From the NCBI GenBank assembly GCA_964270895.1, contig OZ185440.1: 64,000 bases of DNA; one strand, given 5' to 3'. Origin of the DNA: Podarcis filfolensis (Eukaryota). Numbering within the stretch: position 1 is the first letter of the stretch; every line of letters begins with the position of its first letter. Below, one piece after another: positions 63,201 to 64,000 of the stretch. The notes below the pieces were generated by a model, which saw only the letters and a list, made by a program, of their open reading frames with translations, had not been told where the DNA came from and did no database searches. The position numbers and the translations under genes were made by a program.

Positions 63201-63838
63201 CAGCAAGATGTGAATGGAGATAGCTGGTCCTGGCTATGCTTACAGAAGTGTGCTTCCATACGTGGGTGCCTTTTGCTGAATTGAGCTGATAAACCCTACT
63301 GGTCCTGGCTTTTATAGATGAGTTTTTCTTACAATGGGCCTGGCGATCAGTACTAAGCCTCCAAAGTGTCTTGGAGTGCAGCCCTAACCCCACTTACCTT
63401 GCAGAATTCAAAAGGAGTTTCTTTTGACTAGACATGGTTAGCCTTGTGCTGCTACTTAGCAAGTTCTTTCATAGCTGAATGGCCAAAGATTAATACCATG
63501 GTGGTTTAAGGATACTGGGACCACAGAACCCCAAGTAGGTTCTATCTAGCTCCATTGTGGGAATGGAAGCCAGCCTGCTTATTAAGATCTTCTAGAAAGG
63601 CTCTGCTTCATGTGGGGATTCCCTATGCGATGATGAAAATGTTTCCTTTGAGGTTGTTGCAGGTACACTGATGACTGCAACACAGATCATGAATTGGGGG
63701 AGGATGTTAGAATTCCTGCTCCATGATTGCAGTCATAGGAATGTTGTCTATCACATGACGGTGTTTGTTTTGACTCCACAGAGTGGGAAGTGATGGAGAC
63801 AGGATGTTTGTGTTACTGTGTTCCGTGAAATGGGACTA

Positions 63839-64000
63839 CAGTGGTACCTCGGGTTACATACGCTTCAGGTTACATATGCTTCAGGTTACAAACTCCGCTA
63901 ACCCAGAAATAGTACCTCGGGTTAAGAACTTTGCTTCAGGATTAGAAAAGAAATTGTGCTCTGGCGGCACGGCAGCAGCGGGAGGCCCCATTAGCTAAAG
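63839..64000. mobile_element. Tigger-like MITE, cut off by the window end
   Basis: TA followed by the CAGTGGTACCTCGGGTTAC TIR and family body. Confidence 0.9.

Overview
Vertebrate genomic DNA, almost certainly from a squamate and probably a lacertid lizard. This is inferred from Sauria/Squam1 SINEs with (ACCTTT)n tails, Squam3-type SINEs with (CTT)n tails and RTE-BovB. I could not confidently identify any protein-coding gene, true tRNA/rRNA or CRISPR array; most listed ORFs are repeat-derived, antisense to repeats, or chance. The window is a transposon-rich intronic or intergenic stretch: about 10 SINEs; L2, L1, CR1 and BovB LINE fragments; about 12 TA-flanked Tc1/mariner-type MITEs; many 8-bp-TSD hAT MITEs; and one solo LTR. 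These are interleaved with TE-free, CpG-retaining blocks that look like conserved non-coding elements, some containing minus-strand exon-like segments. The best-supported oddities are three: two hAT MITEs inserted at one site with three copies of the TSD and a nested mariner MITE; a ~154-bp tandem array inside a mariner MITE; and a two-ended, internally deleted BovB carrying its own TSD. Repeat family names come from recalled consensus features and need database confirmation. There are three N gaps.
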